Below are positions 20,768-30,926 of a stretch of DNA of 56,522 nt, piece by piece. The stretch spans positions 1-56,522 of the forward strand of contig JAYZLP010000049.1 in assembly GCA_036154155.1 (NCBI GenBank). Direction: 5' to 3'. Within the stretch, counting starts at the first letter, position 1. Every line of letters begins with the position of its first letter. The position numbers and the translations under genes are program-made. The notes beneath the pieces are model-generated. The model did no database searches and was not told the DNA's origin. It worked only from the letters and a program-made list of their open reading frames with translations. Source of the stretch: Thermoplasmatota archaeon (lineage in GTDB: Archaea > Thermoplasmatota > Poseidoniia > Poseidoniales > Thalassarchaeaceae).

Positions 20768-21529
20768 ATGCCCCGCATCGCGGTGCTATGCGGCACTGGA
20801 ATGAGCGCTTTGGCTAGTGAGATGTCAGACTCCACTGACTTCAAAATTTCAAGGGTAAGGATAGATACAGATTGGGGTAGCGTCCCATCTTCGATAGTTT
20901 CCACCGAATTTGGAGACATTCTTGTAATCGACAGACATCACTCTGATGGAACACTGCGGACCCCTCCTCACAAAATCGAACACAGGGCGAATGTTCAGGC
21001 TATTGTTAACAGCGATCCAGACATTGTGATGAGTATCAATTCCGTGGGCTCAATGATAGAAAATTTCCCACCGGGGACCATTGGAATTTCTTCGGATTTA
21101 CTAGATCTCGCAGTTAGACCATGGACTTTCCACGATAATGATGCCAAGCATGCCGACAGGACATCTCCTTTCGACGCACTCGCTTCGAAGATTTGCAGGG
21201 AGGTCCTGGAATCGGCCCAGGGTCAAACCCCCTCTGATCTCATTATCGCTCAATGCGTGGGCCCTCAATTCGAGAGTCCTGCTGAGATAGATGCTCTGGA
21301 GAAACTTGGCGCTCATGCTGTCGGCATGACGTTGGGCCCCGAGTCCAGGCTCATGTCTGAGACAGGAATCCGGCATGTCGCACTTGCCTGCTCTTCAAAC
21401 TGGGCTGCTGGAAGGGAGCCGGGAGACCCTTCGGCTATGATCGATCACCATGCCGTGGACTCGATGGCTTCTTCGATGAGAGGCAGTGTAACGAACTGCC
21501 TATTGGCGATTCTAAAATCAATTAATTAG
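20768..21529 (+). CDS. MTAP-family purine nucleoside phosphorylase
   Basis: IAVLCGTG, RH....TPPHKI.HRAN, NSVGS, GPQFESPAEI, VGMT, NWAAG. Confidence 0.9.
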   Translation: MPRIAVLCGTGMSALASEMSDSTDFKISRVRIDTDWGSVPSSIVSTEFGDILVIDRHHSDGTLRTPPHKIEHRANVQAIVNSDPDIVMSINSVGSMIENFPPGTIGISSDLLDLAVRPWTFHDNDAKHADRTSPFDALASKICREVLESAQGQTPSDLIIAQCVGPQFESPAEIDALEKLGAHAVGMTLGPESRLMSETGIRHVALACSSNWAAGREPGDPSAMIDHHAVDSMASSMRGSVTNCLLAILKSIN

Positions 21530-21585
21530 CCAGATAGTAATATTTCTGGAACTATGTTGATGTGTCTCCTTTCAGTCCGCCAACT

Positions 21586-21978
21586 ATGGAAAGGAAGGTC
21601 ACTGTGGAAGAATGGGTATCGACAGAGGCTTCATCAGCTCCTGATGGATCATGGTTCACGATGATGTCAAGGGTTGCTGCATTCCACCACAAACACGCAT
21701 TCTCATCTGAAGATAATCATGGTCATGATATGGGATACAGAATAGCCCTGACTGTGGAGGAATTGGGAGAGTTATCAGCTGCAATTACAAAGGCGAAGCC
21801 CCATTCCGAGGCAGCAGAGGAGTTAGCCGACCTATTGATACTCATATTGGGTCATTCCCTAGCTATGAAAGTTGATTTAGAGGCAGAATTTCATAAGAAG
21901 ATGGACAAAATTATGCTGCGAAAGGCAAGGAGGGGTAATTTGGGCATCAGAGTTACCGATTATGAGTCAGAAGATTGA
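21586..21978 (+). CDS. MazG-like nucleotide pyrophosphohydrolase
   Basis: LTVEELGELSAAI and AEELADLLILI EExxD motifs; start moved to ATG 21586. Confidence 0.85.
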   Translation: MERKVTVEEWVSTEASSAPDGSWFTMMSRVAAFHHKHAFSSEDNHGHDMGYRIALTVEELGELSAAITKAKPHSEAAEELADLLILILGHSLAMKVDLEAEFHKKMDKIMLRKARRGNLGIRVTDYESED

Positions 21979-22031
21979 CCACATTCCTACATCATGGCAA
22001 AATAAATGCCCTATACCCAAGTCGAAGCACT

Positions 22032-23513
22032 ATGCGCACAGGTGCTTTAGCCATCGCGCTCTTGATGGTGACAACCACTATTTCGGGATGCATCCACCTG
22101 GATGAAGCTCCCTCCGAGGTTGGCGATGAAGACGATTCCGAGCCACGATTCTTCGTCACGGGCCCTAGCGGCCTCCCAGTTGATGTCCCTCCCTTGCCCC
22201 TTAGTTTCGTATTCAGTGATGTGGGGGAGACTGGTAAGGAACCCAGTATCGGCATAACTTCGAGTGGTTGTATTTTCTTCATCGCCATGGAGAAAGTGAT
22301 GAGGTCTTGTGATCATGGTCAATCATGGGAAGAGACGCAGGATCCCGTGCAGTGTTCGCCTACTACCAGCGACCCTTACGGTTGGGTTGATCCAATTACG
22401 GATAGGATCTTCAACGTTCAGATGATTGGTCTTGAGACGTCATGGATATGTTGGAGTGATGATGATGGCGACTCATGGCTAGGCAATCCACATGATTCAG
22501 GAACCACCCCAATCAATGACCACATAAAATTGGCAAGCGGCCCTTGGACCGGCGAAGGTTATGGCGCGTTGGGACAATTCACTTCGAGCTTCTACGAAAC
22601 TGCCGTATATTATTGCTACAACAAATTAGTCGGGATATTCTGCTTCACAAGTTTTGATGGGGGCGCAACCTTTGAAGCTGGAGGGCAGATTATCGGTTTG
22701 GCAACTACCAACGGAGGCCTGCATGGGGCGATTTCCACCGCCCCGGATGGAACGGTATACGTCACACCTAGGGTAGAGACCCCTTCTGTCATCGTTTCCA
22801 AGGACAATGGCTTCTCATGGTTTCAGAGAACGATGGGCGAAGACGTCGGCACCCCCTATCCGAGAAAGAACTCCGAGGTAGCAACAGATAGCCAATCCAA
22901 TGCCTACCACGTTTGGACAGGTGCCGATGAAGGGGTCTACATGTCACGTTCAACCGATTCAGGTGAAACTTGGGAACAAGAGAGTATCCGAATATCCCCA
23001 GTTGAAGTTGTCTCATCGGTATTTCCCCAAACCGATGCTGGCGACCCAGGACGAATTGCAGTAATGTACCTAGGGAGTGAGGACTCTGAAATGCTAAATC
23101 AGTCAGATATCGACGGTAACCCTTGGGACGGGAATGCCCACTATGCACCGAACAATGTTACCTACCACCTCTACATTACCTTCAGTCTCAATGCTTTAGA
23201 CTCCAATCCTGTCTTCCACACCATGAGGGTGACTGACGATCCTGTACAGGTAGGGAGTATATGTCTCAATAGCGGGGATTGCCGTGATATCGGTGGTTCA
23301 AACAGGAACCTTCTGGATTTCAACGACTTACACATAGACAGAGAAGGGCGCGTTTATGTCGCCTTTGCCGATGGTTGTACTGGATCATGTGCAACGAATA
23401 ATAATTCCAGCGCCGAGGACTCCAGAGACGGTAGAGGTTCGGTCTACTATCTTGGTAGTGGCCCCAGCCTTTTCGAATCCCAAGGTAATCTAGCCGAGTT
23501 CTTTGTGGAGTAA
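22032..23513 (+). CDS. Secreted lipoprotein with BNR/Asp-box repeats (sialidase-like beta-propeller)
   Basis: Signal peptide with ISGC lipobox; Asp boxes SCDHGQSW, SDDDGDSW, SFDGGATF, SKDNGFSW, STDSGETW. Confidence 0.82.
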   Translation: MRTGALAIALLMVTTTISGCIHLDEAPSEVGDEDDSEPRFFVTGPSGLPVDVPPLPLSFVFSDVGETGKEPSIGITSSGCIFFIAMEKVMRSCDHGQSWEETQDPVQCSPTTSDPYGWVDPITDRIFNVQMIGLETSWICWSDDDGDSWLGNPHDSGTTPINDHIKLASGPWTGEGYGALGQFTSSFYETAVYYCYNKLVGIFCFTSFDGGATFEAGGQIIGLATTNGGLHGAISTAPDGTVYVTPRVETPSVIVSKDNGFSWFQRTMGEDVGTPYPRKNSEVATDSQSNAYHVWTGADEGVYMSRSTDSGETWEQESIRISPVEVVSSVFPQTDAGDPGRIAVMYLGSEDSEMLNQSDIDGNPWDGNAHYAPNNVTYHLYITFSLNALDSNPVFHTMRVTDDPVQVGSICLNSGDCRDIGGSNRNLLDFNDLHIDREGRVYVAFADGCTGSCATNNNSSAEDSRDGRGSVYYLGSGPSLFESQGNLAEFFVE

Positions 23514-23912
23514 ATCAACGTCGTCATCGAAATAACCCGCTATCCAGAGGCTCAATAGTATCCCTCCGATTTGTAGAAACAATCTGATCACGTGCCCCGT
23601 GGGGGATAGCGAGGCACCATCGCCAAGCTCTACGTCGTAAATCCACATGTATAGGTTGGCCGGATACAATAGCACCAGAAGGGCCGCGCTCGCATATCCA
23701 GCATCACTTCTGCTTCTCGGCAATATTAGGCCAATTCCAACAACCACCTCTGCCACTCCGCTAGCAAGGACCCAGAATGTAGCCGAACCAAGTATCGGAG
23801 GTACAATTGGCTCGAACCATGCTGTATCGGTGAAGTGCATGATTCCAACATACAGGAAGAAAGCCCCTCCAAAGATCGAAAGCGTGGCACGAATGAGTGG
23901 AAGTAGGCGCAT
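23490..23912 (-). CDS. DoxX-family membrane protein
   Basis: GIMHF, IVPP.L, SGVAEVVVGIGL, PANLYM, RL.LQ. Confidence 0.85.
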   Translation of the reverse strand: MRLLPLIRATLSIFGGAFFLYVGIMHFTDTAWFEPIVPPILGSATFWVLASGVAEVVVGIGLILPRSRSDAGYASAALLVLLYPANLYMWIYDVELGDGASLSPTGHVIRLFLQIGGILLSLWIAGYFDDDVDLLHKELG

Positions 23913-24422
23913 TCATACCCGCTTCCATACAGTGTAAGTGGTGGCGAACTCATCATTCGGGCCGACGTCCCCTTCATTGGATTCAGAGGGTTCCCACCCA
24001 TCCTTTTCCCACTCGGGGAAAGATACCTCGCCACTGTCGCTTGTGTGAACAGTGGTGACATGGATTTCTTCCACTCTGTCTAGGAACATCGAGTAAATCT
24101 CAGCACCGCCTATGACCCAAAGCTCGTCACTTCCTTCAGCGAATGCCAGCTCTATGGCTCTACCGATGTATAGCGCAGTCTCTGCGCCCTCCTCGGTCCA
24201 TGAGGTGTCTCTCGACATCACAATGTTGACCCTTTCTGGGAGGGGGCGAAATGAATCAGGGAGGGAATCCCATGTCTTCCTTCCCATCACTACTGAATTG
24301 AAACCATCTCCAATTGTCAACTCTTTGAATCTAGCCATATCCGTTGGGATCCTCCAGGGCAGGCCGTTGCCCTTCCCGATGAAACCATCTTCGTCCATCG
24401 CCACAATCATTGCTATCTTCAT
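23913..24422 (-). CDS. folA: Dihydrofolate reductase
   Basis: IVAM....IG.GNGLPW, VVMGRKTWDSL, RPLPER.NIV, VIGGAEIY. Confidence 0.97.
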   Translation of the reverse strand: MKIAMIVAMDEDGFIGKGNGLPWRIPTDMARFKELTIGDGFNSVVMGRKTWDSLPDSFRPLPERVNIVMSRDTSWTEEGAETALYIGRAIELAFAEGSDELWVIGGAEIYSMFLDRVEEIHVTTVHTSDSGEVSFPEWEKDGWEPSESNEGDVGPNDEFATTYTVWKRV

Positions 24423-24431
24423 TCAGACACC

Positions 24432-25232
24432 TCATACGGAAATTGGGGCAGGGATATGGGGGTGATGCTCATATTCCTCTATGATTATGTGCCCGTACTC
24501 GAAATCGTCAATCTTAGTCACACTATCGTCGAGGACCAATCTTGGCAACTCCTTCGGCTTCCTAGAAATTTGTTCTCTAGCCTGCTCTATGTGATTCATG
24601 TACAGGTGACAGTCGCCCCCGGTCCAAACAAATTCTCCCGGTTCCAGTCCGCATATTTTTGCCATCATGCAGGTGAGGAGGCTATAGGAGGAGATATTGA
24701 ATGGAACGCCCAAGAACGCATCCGCACTCCTCTGGTAAAGCTGGCAGGATAGTTTACCATCATTGACATAGAACTGGAAGAACGCATGGCATGGCATCAG
24801 AGCCATATCACCTAACTCGCCAACGTTCCAAGCAGAGACGATAATCCTCCTACTGTCGGGATTTCTCTTGATCATATCTATTGCCCCCTCGATCTGGTCA
24901 ATAATCCTGCCATCCGTTGCTTCCCACCTCCTCCATTGCTTACCATACACGGGTCCGAGATTACCATCTTGATCAGCCCACTCGTTCCAGATTCTCACTT
25001 TGTTTTCCTGTAGGTAACTGACGTTTGTTTCGCCGGATAGGAACCAAAGTAACTCGTGTATGATACTGGGCCAGTGAACCTTCTTCGTTGTAATGGCAGG
25101 AAAACCATTGGAAAGGTCGAATCTCATTTGATGTCCGAAAATTGACTTGGTCCCAGTCCCAGTCCGATCATTTTTGTCGACTCCCTCTTCCAATATCCTA
25201 GTCAGGAAGTCAAGGTATTGCTTCATCTCCAT
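24432..25232 (-). CDS. thyA: Thymidylate synthase (bacterial-type ThyA)
   Basis: [45 protein letters not shown]. Confidence 0.98.
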   Translation of the reverse strand: MEMKQYLDFLTRILEEGVDKNDRTGTGTKSIFGHQMRFDLSNGFPAITTKKVHWPSIIHELLWFLSGETNVSYLQENKVRIWNEWADQDGNLGPVYGKQWRRWEATDGRIIDQIEGAIDMIKRNPDSRRIIVSAWNVGELGDMALMPCHAFFQFYVNDGKLSCQLYQRSADAFLGVPFNISSYSLLTCMMAKICGLEPGEFVWTGGDCHLYMNHIEQAREQISRKPKELPRLVLDDSVTKIDDFEYGHIIIEEYEHHPHIPAPISV

Positions 25233-25273
25233 CGTTCGTTGGTAGGGAAGTACATCAAGGATGCGGAGGGCAA

Positions 25274-26050
25274 CTAGGGAGCCCCCATGAGCTCCAATGT
25301 CGCCATTAACTGGTCAGTGTACTTTCTGAACAACGCCTTTTTGATAGAACGTTGGCCATGCTCATCGACTCTCAGGAGGCTTGCAACCTCATCTTCGCTA
25401 AATGAGCCACCATCTTCCAAGGATAGCCATTGTGAGAATTTTATCGGGTTTCCGATATGAACATCAACCCTTTTCCAGAATCTCACCCCATTGCTCCCAG
25501 GGGGCATCACTTCCCTTGTTCCGATTACACAAATCGGGAATACAGGGACATCTGGGAATCGTGCTGACAGTCTGGCAACACCTGTCTTCCCGGGTTGGAG
25601 GAAAGGTGGATTTTCCCTCCTCGATCTGGTTCCCTCAGGAAACACCCCCACTGGATAACCAGCAGAAAGAACGTCCGATGCACGCGCTAGGGCATCCCTG
25701 CCCCCCGATTCCCTGTAGGTCTCGATCATCCCATTGCTTTTCATTATGAATTTATTTGGCTGTTTCTGAAAATGCTCCTCTTTTGCTAGGTAGAATACCT
25801 GCCTCCTAGCCGCTAGAATCTTGATGATGGGGTCTAGGTTGGAAATGTGATTGCCAGCTAGAATCATTGGTCCCGAGGAAGGAAGGCGTTCAACTCCGTG
25901 CATGTGCACATTGAACAAAGTCCTAACAATTGGAGATAGGAATCCTACTAGGAATCGGTATAGAAGAGGAACTCTGAATGGCTCCCCTGTGCCTTCTAGA
26001 TCGACGCTCTTCGAAAACGACCTCACGGCCTCTTCGGAGAGTTCTGGCAT
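25274..26050 (-). CDS. PlsC-family lysophospholipid acyltransferase
   Basis: NHISNLD (HxxxxD), YLAKEE, FPEGTRS, KTGVARL. Confidence 0.92.
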   Translation of the reverse strand: MPELSEEAVRSFSKSVDLEGTGEPFRVPLLYRFLVGFLSPIVRTLFNVHMHGVERLPSSGPMILAGNHISNLDPIIKILAARRQVFYLAKEEHFQKQPNKFIMKSNGMIETYRESGGRDALARASDVLSAGYPVGVFPEGTRSRRENPPFLQPGKTGVARLSARFPDVPVFPICVIGTREVMPPGSNGVRFWKRVDVHIGNPIKFSQWLSLEDGGSFSEDEVASLLRVDEHGQRSIKKALFRKYTDQLMATLELMGAP

Positions 26051-26129
26051 GCACTGACGTCGACCACGAGTGTTTGACTGTTTGCGACTCCATGAAAGCG
26101 TTCATTGCTTTCTTTGCAGTCCAAGGTCT

Positions 26130-27263
26130 ATGCGGAGGCGTGGCTCAGTGGCTGTTGCGATTTCCCTCATGCTTCTATTCCCGGTCTCCGCACCAGGTGC
26201 AGTGGGCGAATGGACCGACGACGGTTGGCTGAAGAATCTGATTGGCCCTGAGAGGTTGGAAAATGGGGATGAGTTCGGATGTCATGGTTTTGAGGGCGTT
26301 TCCACAGTCGAGGACAATTGGGTTATCGAGGCCTGTAAGGAGTACCTGACAGGAATGTCCGACTCCTCAAGATGGGGTACTGATCCAGTTTCATTTGGCG
26401 TACCCGGGGCCACAGTCGATCAAGATACAGCCGAATCATTGCTGGAGTCTGGTTTTAGAATCGTGGGAGATATGATCTCGGAAGCTCCCGACGAGCTGCT
26501 CGTCGTCAATAGAAATGGAGGTAGTCTTGAGAAGAACTCAGCGAACATCGATCTTCTAGAATCAGCCGAAAAGGACTCTCTTGTGAGTATTTGGTGGAGG
26601 GCTCGAATAGAGGATTTGAAGCTAAGGGAGGACAAGGACGCAATGTCATGGCTCGAGGAGCAAGATGTTTGGCTGACGACGTGGGGGGAATGGCATTTCT
26701 ATCAGAAATCAAGCTCTGAAATAGAGGTAAGTCTCGAGGGAGGATCCATTGTCGCAACTCTTCCTGATGATGGCTCACAGTGGTCTGTTCCCGGTTCCGT
26801 ACATATCCAATTCGATGGTTCTGTGTCAGAAATTTCGTATGATTCTGGGGCTGATTTTCCCGAGATTGGGATTAGCGAAAGGAAGCTCAAGGATGGGTGG
26901 AGGGACACTGAAACAGGACTTATCATCACGATAATGCCTGGTTCGACAGTCAACATAGTTTTGGAGTCCGGAACAGACTCAATCTCCACATCGCCCCTTG
27001 TCACGTTCAATGACTTGCATCATGCCGTGACCATAGTAGGGCACCACACGACGAACCTTTTCCAGTGGTCCTCGGACTTTCAGGAGTCCGAACTCACATT
27101 CACGTGGCTTATAGAGAGGCCCTCTGAGGAACCAATAAATTGGGCCCTGCCTGTCATTGCACTAGGGGTAATAGCCGCAGTTCCCATAGCGATTAGGAAG
27201 ATTGTGGAGATGGATAAAGAACCAAAATATGTAGAAACTACAAACCAACTTCCGGACCAGTAA
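26130..27263 (+). CDS. Secreted/membrane-anchored hypothetical protein
   Basis: MRRRG plus hydrophobic signal; C-terminal TM; DVWLTTWGE resembles the end of a NodB-like fold; start moved to ATG 26130. Confidence 0.7.
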   Translation: MRRRGSVAVAISLMLLFPVSAPGAVGEWTDDGWLKNLIGPERLENGDEFGCHGFEGVSTVEDNWVIEACKEYLTGMSDSSRWGTDPVSFGVPGATVDQDTAESLLESGFRIVGDMISEAPDELLVVNRNGGSLEKNSANIDLLESAEKDSLVSIWWRARIEDLKLREDKDAMSWLEEQDVWLTTWGEWHFYQKSSSEIEVSLEGGSIVATLPDDGSQWSVPGSVHIQFDGSVSEISYDSGADFPEIGISERKLKDGWRDTETGLIITIMPGSTVNIVLESGTDSISTSPLVTFNDLHHAVTIVGHHTTNLFQWSSDFQESELTFTWLIERPSEEPINWALPVIALGVIAAVPIAIRKIVEMDKEPKYVETTNQLPDQ

Positions 27264-28296
27264 TTTCTACTCTGTTCTCCCTCATCATATCGATTATCCC
27301 CCTCACCACCGAGGGGGAAAGGCTCTCCGGAGCATGAACCCCCGGAGGCAGCATCCCCGGGTCCCTTAGCCAAGCCTCCACGCATCCGACTGTGACGAGA
27401 CCGGTTGTTCGTGCCATTGATGAGCCGTCATCACCACCGTAATCACTGACTTCCCATCTGATATGGTTCCCGTCATGATCTGCAGCTACAACTTCTAGCC
27501 AAGTGAACTCTGGGGTTTTCGGATTGAACCACCAATCTCGAAGCAACTCATCCTCATCAAGGGTGCCTGCATCTCGCTCATCGATGAATTTCTGTATATG
27601 GCCAGGCCACCTTACTGTGTATTCTGACATTTCGACTGCCGGTATGGAACCAAGTACCGAGCGTAGACCATCCGTTAGGAAGGCCTCCATCTCGCCTCTT
27701 TCCGGGACCTCTATGGCGTGCCTCTCCGAGAGGGCCGGAAGAGAAACCTCCTCGCCGTCCCTCACAACTCTCGCGGGACGAGTGTATTCTGCGATAACAT
27801 CCTTCGGAGAAAACGGCGCCATGTAGTTCCATCCGCCTGTCGGGCCAGTTGGGTTACCCCCTACTCGCACTTCGGCCTTCTTCAATGGCCCCAAAACCCT
27901 GTATGCCTCGGCCAAAAGCATGTTGGATAGTCCGGGGGCTATGCCAACATCCCAGAGCACCCTTCCCCCCCAATCCCTGGCTTTCTGGTCATCACGATCA
28001 GGAGTGTGCTCGCTGAAGCTCAGGTCGACGGTCGGGTATCTTTCTTCGGCTAGATTCGTGGTCAGTGCGTGACCAATATCGCCTGGAAGCATATTCACCA
28101 CAATGTCGACATGTTCGAAATCCGACAGGTCCGTTTCCAATGCATCTCCCTCGTGGATGAAAATATTCTCATGCCCCATGATTTTCCCATTATACGGGTC
28201 AATATCGTGTACATGCACCTCATGGCCCCTGTCGGCCAGAGTCCTTGCGACGTAGGAACCGACAAGCCCGGCCCCAAAGCAGTGTATGACGGCCAC
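27238..28296 (-). CDS. Saccharopine dehydrogenase / lysine 6-dehydrogenase family oxidoreductase
   Basis: GAGLVG Rossmann motif, DVGIAPGLSN, EAFLTDGLRS, TVRWPGH, SMARTTG; start moved to GTG 28296. Confidence 0.88.
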   Translation of the reverse strand: MAVIHCFGAGLVGSYVARTLADRGHEVHVHDIDPYNGKIMGHENIFIHEGDALETDLSDFEHVDIVVNMLPGDIGHALTTNLAEERYPTVDLSFSEHTPDRDDQKARDWGGRVLWDVGIAPGLSNMLLAEAYRVLGPLKKAEVRVGGNPTGPTGGWNYMAPFSPKDVIAEYTRPARVVRDGEEVSLPALSERHAIEVPERGEMEAFLTDGLRSVLGSIPAVEMSEYTVRWPGHIQKFIDERDAGTLDEDELLRDWWFNPKTPEFTWLEVVAADHDGNHIRWEVSDYGGDDGSSMARTTGLVTVGCVEAWLRDPGMLPPGVHAPESLSPSVVRGIIDMMRENRVEITGPEVGL

Positions 28297-28394
28297 GAGT
28301 ATCCCTGCCCACTCGACTCTATTGCCCCTTCGGTCGGCATTTTGAGTGCAATTTTCAGCGATGACTTGATTGAGTGGCCCACAGGCCACGTTGC

Positions 28395-29780
28395 ATGGCA
28401 GGTGATGGCCTCATCGATCCATGGTCCTCAGATGATGAGACTGACTACTCACGTATCGTGGACAAATTTGGACTTGACATTGTGGACCCCTCGTCTCTTC
28501 CGAACCCCGGCATGCTCCATAGGAGGGGGATTGTTTTTGCTCACAGGGACCTCGATGTAGCCCTTCGTTGCATCAGGGACAAATCCCCTTTGGGAGTCCT
28601 CACGGGGCTCATGCCGAGTGGCAGGATGCATCTAGGGCATAGTATGGTAATTGAGCAGGTTAGGTGGTTTCAGGAGAATGGGGCCGACATTACAGTAGCC
28701 GTTGCAGACCTCGAGGCGCTAGCCACCAGAGGGACCTCCCTCGACTCAGGCAGGGAGACAGCAATCAATGAGTATGTGCACAATTATGCCGCCCTAGGCT
28801 TGGACCCGGACTCGACCAGTGTGTACTTCCAGAGCACAAGGCCCGATGTCCAGAGGCTAGGATTCACACTTGGCAGAAGGACTAATCTATCTGAATTCGA
28901 GTCTATTTATGGGTTCTCAGGAGACACAAACCTCGCTCACGTGCAAGCACCCCTTGTACAGGTCGGTGACATCGTGCATCCCCAACTGGAGGAATACGGA
29001 GGCCTGAGGCCCGTAGTCGTCCCCGTTGGAATTGACCAGGACCCCCACCTAAGACTCACCCGTGACATAGTAGGTAAAACCCATTGGTTCAACATCAACG
29101 TCAGGAAGTCAGGAGGACTCACCATCGCCCTTTCCGTTCGAGAAGACAACTCTTCAGTATTCGGGGTAGGTTCCGGTGGAAGGGTAGATCGGGAGGCCAG
29201 AGATGCAATTTTCAACCGCATCATTGATGCAATTTCCACTCTAGGTTTTGCTGATATCAATACTAATCCCAAACATGGTACTTTAGAGATTCCAGCAGCC
29301 ACACTGGAAGACAGATTCCCAATCAGGATGCGCCTTCTCTCTCTGGAGAGGTCGCTCGGGGGAATGGGCCTAATGCCCCCCTGCTCAACATACCACAGGT
29401 TCGCTTCTGGAATGACCGGGGGGAAAATGTCGTCATCCAAGCCTGAGACTACCATTTTCATGGATGACACAGCAGATGATATGGCTAGGAAGGTAAAGAG
29501 GGCGGTTAGTGGCGGCCAATCTACAGTAGAGGAGCATAGGAGACTTGGCGGTGACTGCTCTAAGGACATACCCTTCCAGTACCTACAGTTCTTCTTTGAG
29601 AATGACGACTCAGCACTCATTGAGGTTAGAAGGGAGTATGAGAGTGGGAGGATGCTTGCTGGAGAGATGAAGCAGCTCTGTATAGACAAGGCCAGTGAGT
29701 GGCTTCACGATATCTCGGAGAAGAGAGACGCATGGTCAGATAGGCTGCACGAATTCATGGCTCCTGATGCTAGTTCATAA
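28395..29780 (+). CDS. trpS: Tryptophan--tRNA ligase (archaeal type)
   Basis: TGLMPSGRMHLGH (HIGH-like), VPVGIDQDPH, GKMSSS; start moved to ATG 28395. Confidence 0.97.
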   Translation: MAGDGLIDPWSSDDETDYSRIVDKFGLDIVDPSSLPNPGMLHRRGIVFAHRDLDVALRCIRDKSPLGVLTGLMPSGRMHLGHSMVIEQVRWFQENGADITVAVADLEALATRGTSLDSGRETAINEYVHNYAALGLDPDSTSVYFQSTRPDVQRLGFTLGRRTNLSEFESIYGFSGDTNLAHVQAPLVQVGDIVHPQLEEYGGLRPVVVPVGIDQDPHLRLTRDIVGKTHWFNINVRKSGGLTIALSVREDNSSVFGVGSGGRVDREARDAIFNRIIDAISTLGFADINTNPKHGTLEIPAATLEDRFPIRMRLLSLERSLGGMGLMPPCSTYHRFASGMTGGKMSSSKPETTIFMDDTADDMARKVKRAVSGGQSTVEEHRRLGGDCSKDIPFQYLQFFFENDDSALIEVRREYESGRMLAGEMKQLCIDKASEWLHDISEKRDAWSDRLHEFMAPDASS

Positions 29781-30374
29781 CATATCTTTAGCATCGAAAA
29801 CAGGGTATACAGGCCCCGGGTCTAGGGCTTCCGCCTCTTCCTCTTCAATTTCCCTCGAAATAGCATCATCATGTAGAATTTGACTATGGCCGACCGGGTC
29901 TAGGAGCTCAAGAGTTACTGACATCACGCCCCTTTTAACAGAGTCGATACTATCCACCATCTCTTCGCATCGAGTCAATATATCGCCCCCTTCGTTGTCT
30001 CTTTCCGCCTGCCTGCGTATCGTTCCAACCGCATCCTCAAATCTATTCAATACGCCTTCAATGTTGGAGACGTATCCAGTGGAACTACCCCCTGGCGATA
30101 CTTCGAGTCCAAGCTCCCCGATTCTAATTGTGCACGACGATGAACGAACCACCCTGGTGCTCATATGCTCCTCGGAGTCGATCACGAGACTCCACGCCCC
30201 AGGCTTTTTTCCATCCGCAGGTATGAAGTCAGTAACCCTCCAACCGCAACCTTCGCAGATCATCGTAATTTGGGTATGTTCCCCGAAGTAAGGAATCTCA
30301 GAGCTGTGCGCAATCATTCTGAGGGTCCCCCCGGTGAAGCAAACAGGGCAGTCCTGCTCAACCCTACTCTCCAC
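29775..30374 (-). CDS. ZPR1-type zinc finger protein
   Basis: CPVC..EIPYFGE...CEGCGWR, RVVRS...TIRI.ELG, GYVSNIEGVL, DPVGHS. Confidence 0.93.
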   Translation of the reverse strand: MESRVEQDCPVCFTGGTLRMIAHSSEIPYFGEHTQITMICEGCGWRVTDFIPADGKKPGAWSLVIDSEEHMSTRVVRSSSCTIRIGELGLEVSPGGSSTGYVSNIEGVLNRFEDAVGTIRRQAERDNEGGDILTRCEEMVDSIDSVKRGVMSVTLELLDPVGHSQILHDDAISREIEEEEAEALDPGPVYPVFDAKDML

Positions 30375-30383
30375 AAGAACACC

Positions 30384-30773
30384 TCAGGATGCAATGCCGC
30401 TGGCGAAAGTCGGTGGAAGTAGAAGCAGCCTCCTTTCACCTAGCCTGACTACTTCTCCGGACATGTCGCCTTCGACAAACCTCTGAATCTTGTCAACGGC
30501 CACTCTAAGCTCCAACTCTCTATTGAGGATATTACTCATTTTAACAACAACAATATCGCCCTCTGAAACCCAGTCCATCAATGGCCCAATTCCCGTAAGG
30601 TCATCTAGGTCCGCCCTGTGTACTATGGCATCACTAGGGGCCCTCGGAACAGGGGCGTCCGGGTAGCTCTTCCCAAGATCATGGTAGTCCTGCCCAGGTT
30701 CTATGACCCCTCCCGGGCTATCGAACTCAGGCACTTCTATCCACTTGGGCTCTGACCTTTTCTGCCTCGCCAT
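30384..30773 (-). CDS. sepF: Cell division protein SepF (archaeal DUF552 type)
   Basis: EGDIVVV, VDKI....GEVVRLG..RLLLLP; conserved adjacency to ZPR1; start moved to ATG 30773. Confidence 0.8.
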   Translation of the reverse strand: MARQKRSEPKWIEVPEFDSPGGVIEPGQDYHDLGKSYPDAPVPRAPSDAIVHRADLDDLTGIGPLMDWVSEGDIVVVKMSNILNRELELRVAVDKIQRFVEGDMSGEVVRLGERRLLLLPPTFASGIAS

Positions 30774-30926
30774 GCCCCTCGTCGGAGCAGGCAACCCTTG
30801 AGTTATACGGTCCTCGCAACCATAAGAGCACGCTTACTGAGACTATTGCATTCCCCCAACCCCTCTCCCCGTCGGATTCATAAGGGGTCGTCATGAGAGG
30901 GTGCTGTCGGGGAGTTCTCTCGGCGG

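Noticed and set aside
28937-29689. 250-aa antisense ORF within trpS (and similar shadow ORFs at 3178-3738, 40637-41470 and 50585-51232)
   Set aside because: Fully overlap well-supported genes on the opposite strand; Ser/Ile/Pro-rich composition typical of shadow frames
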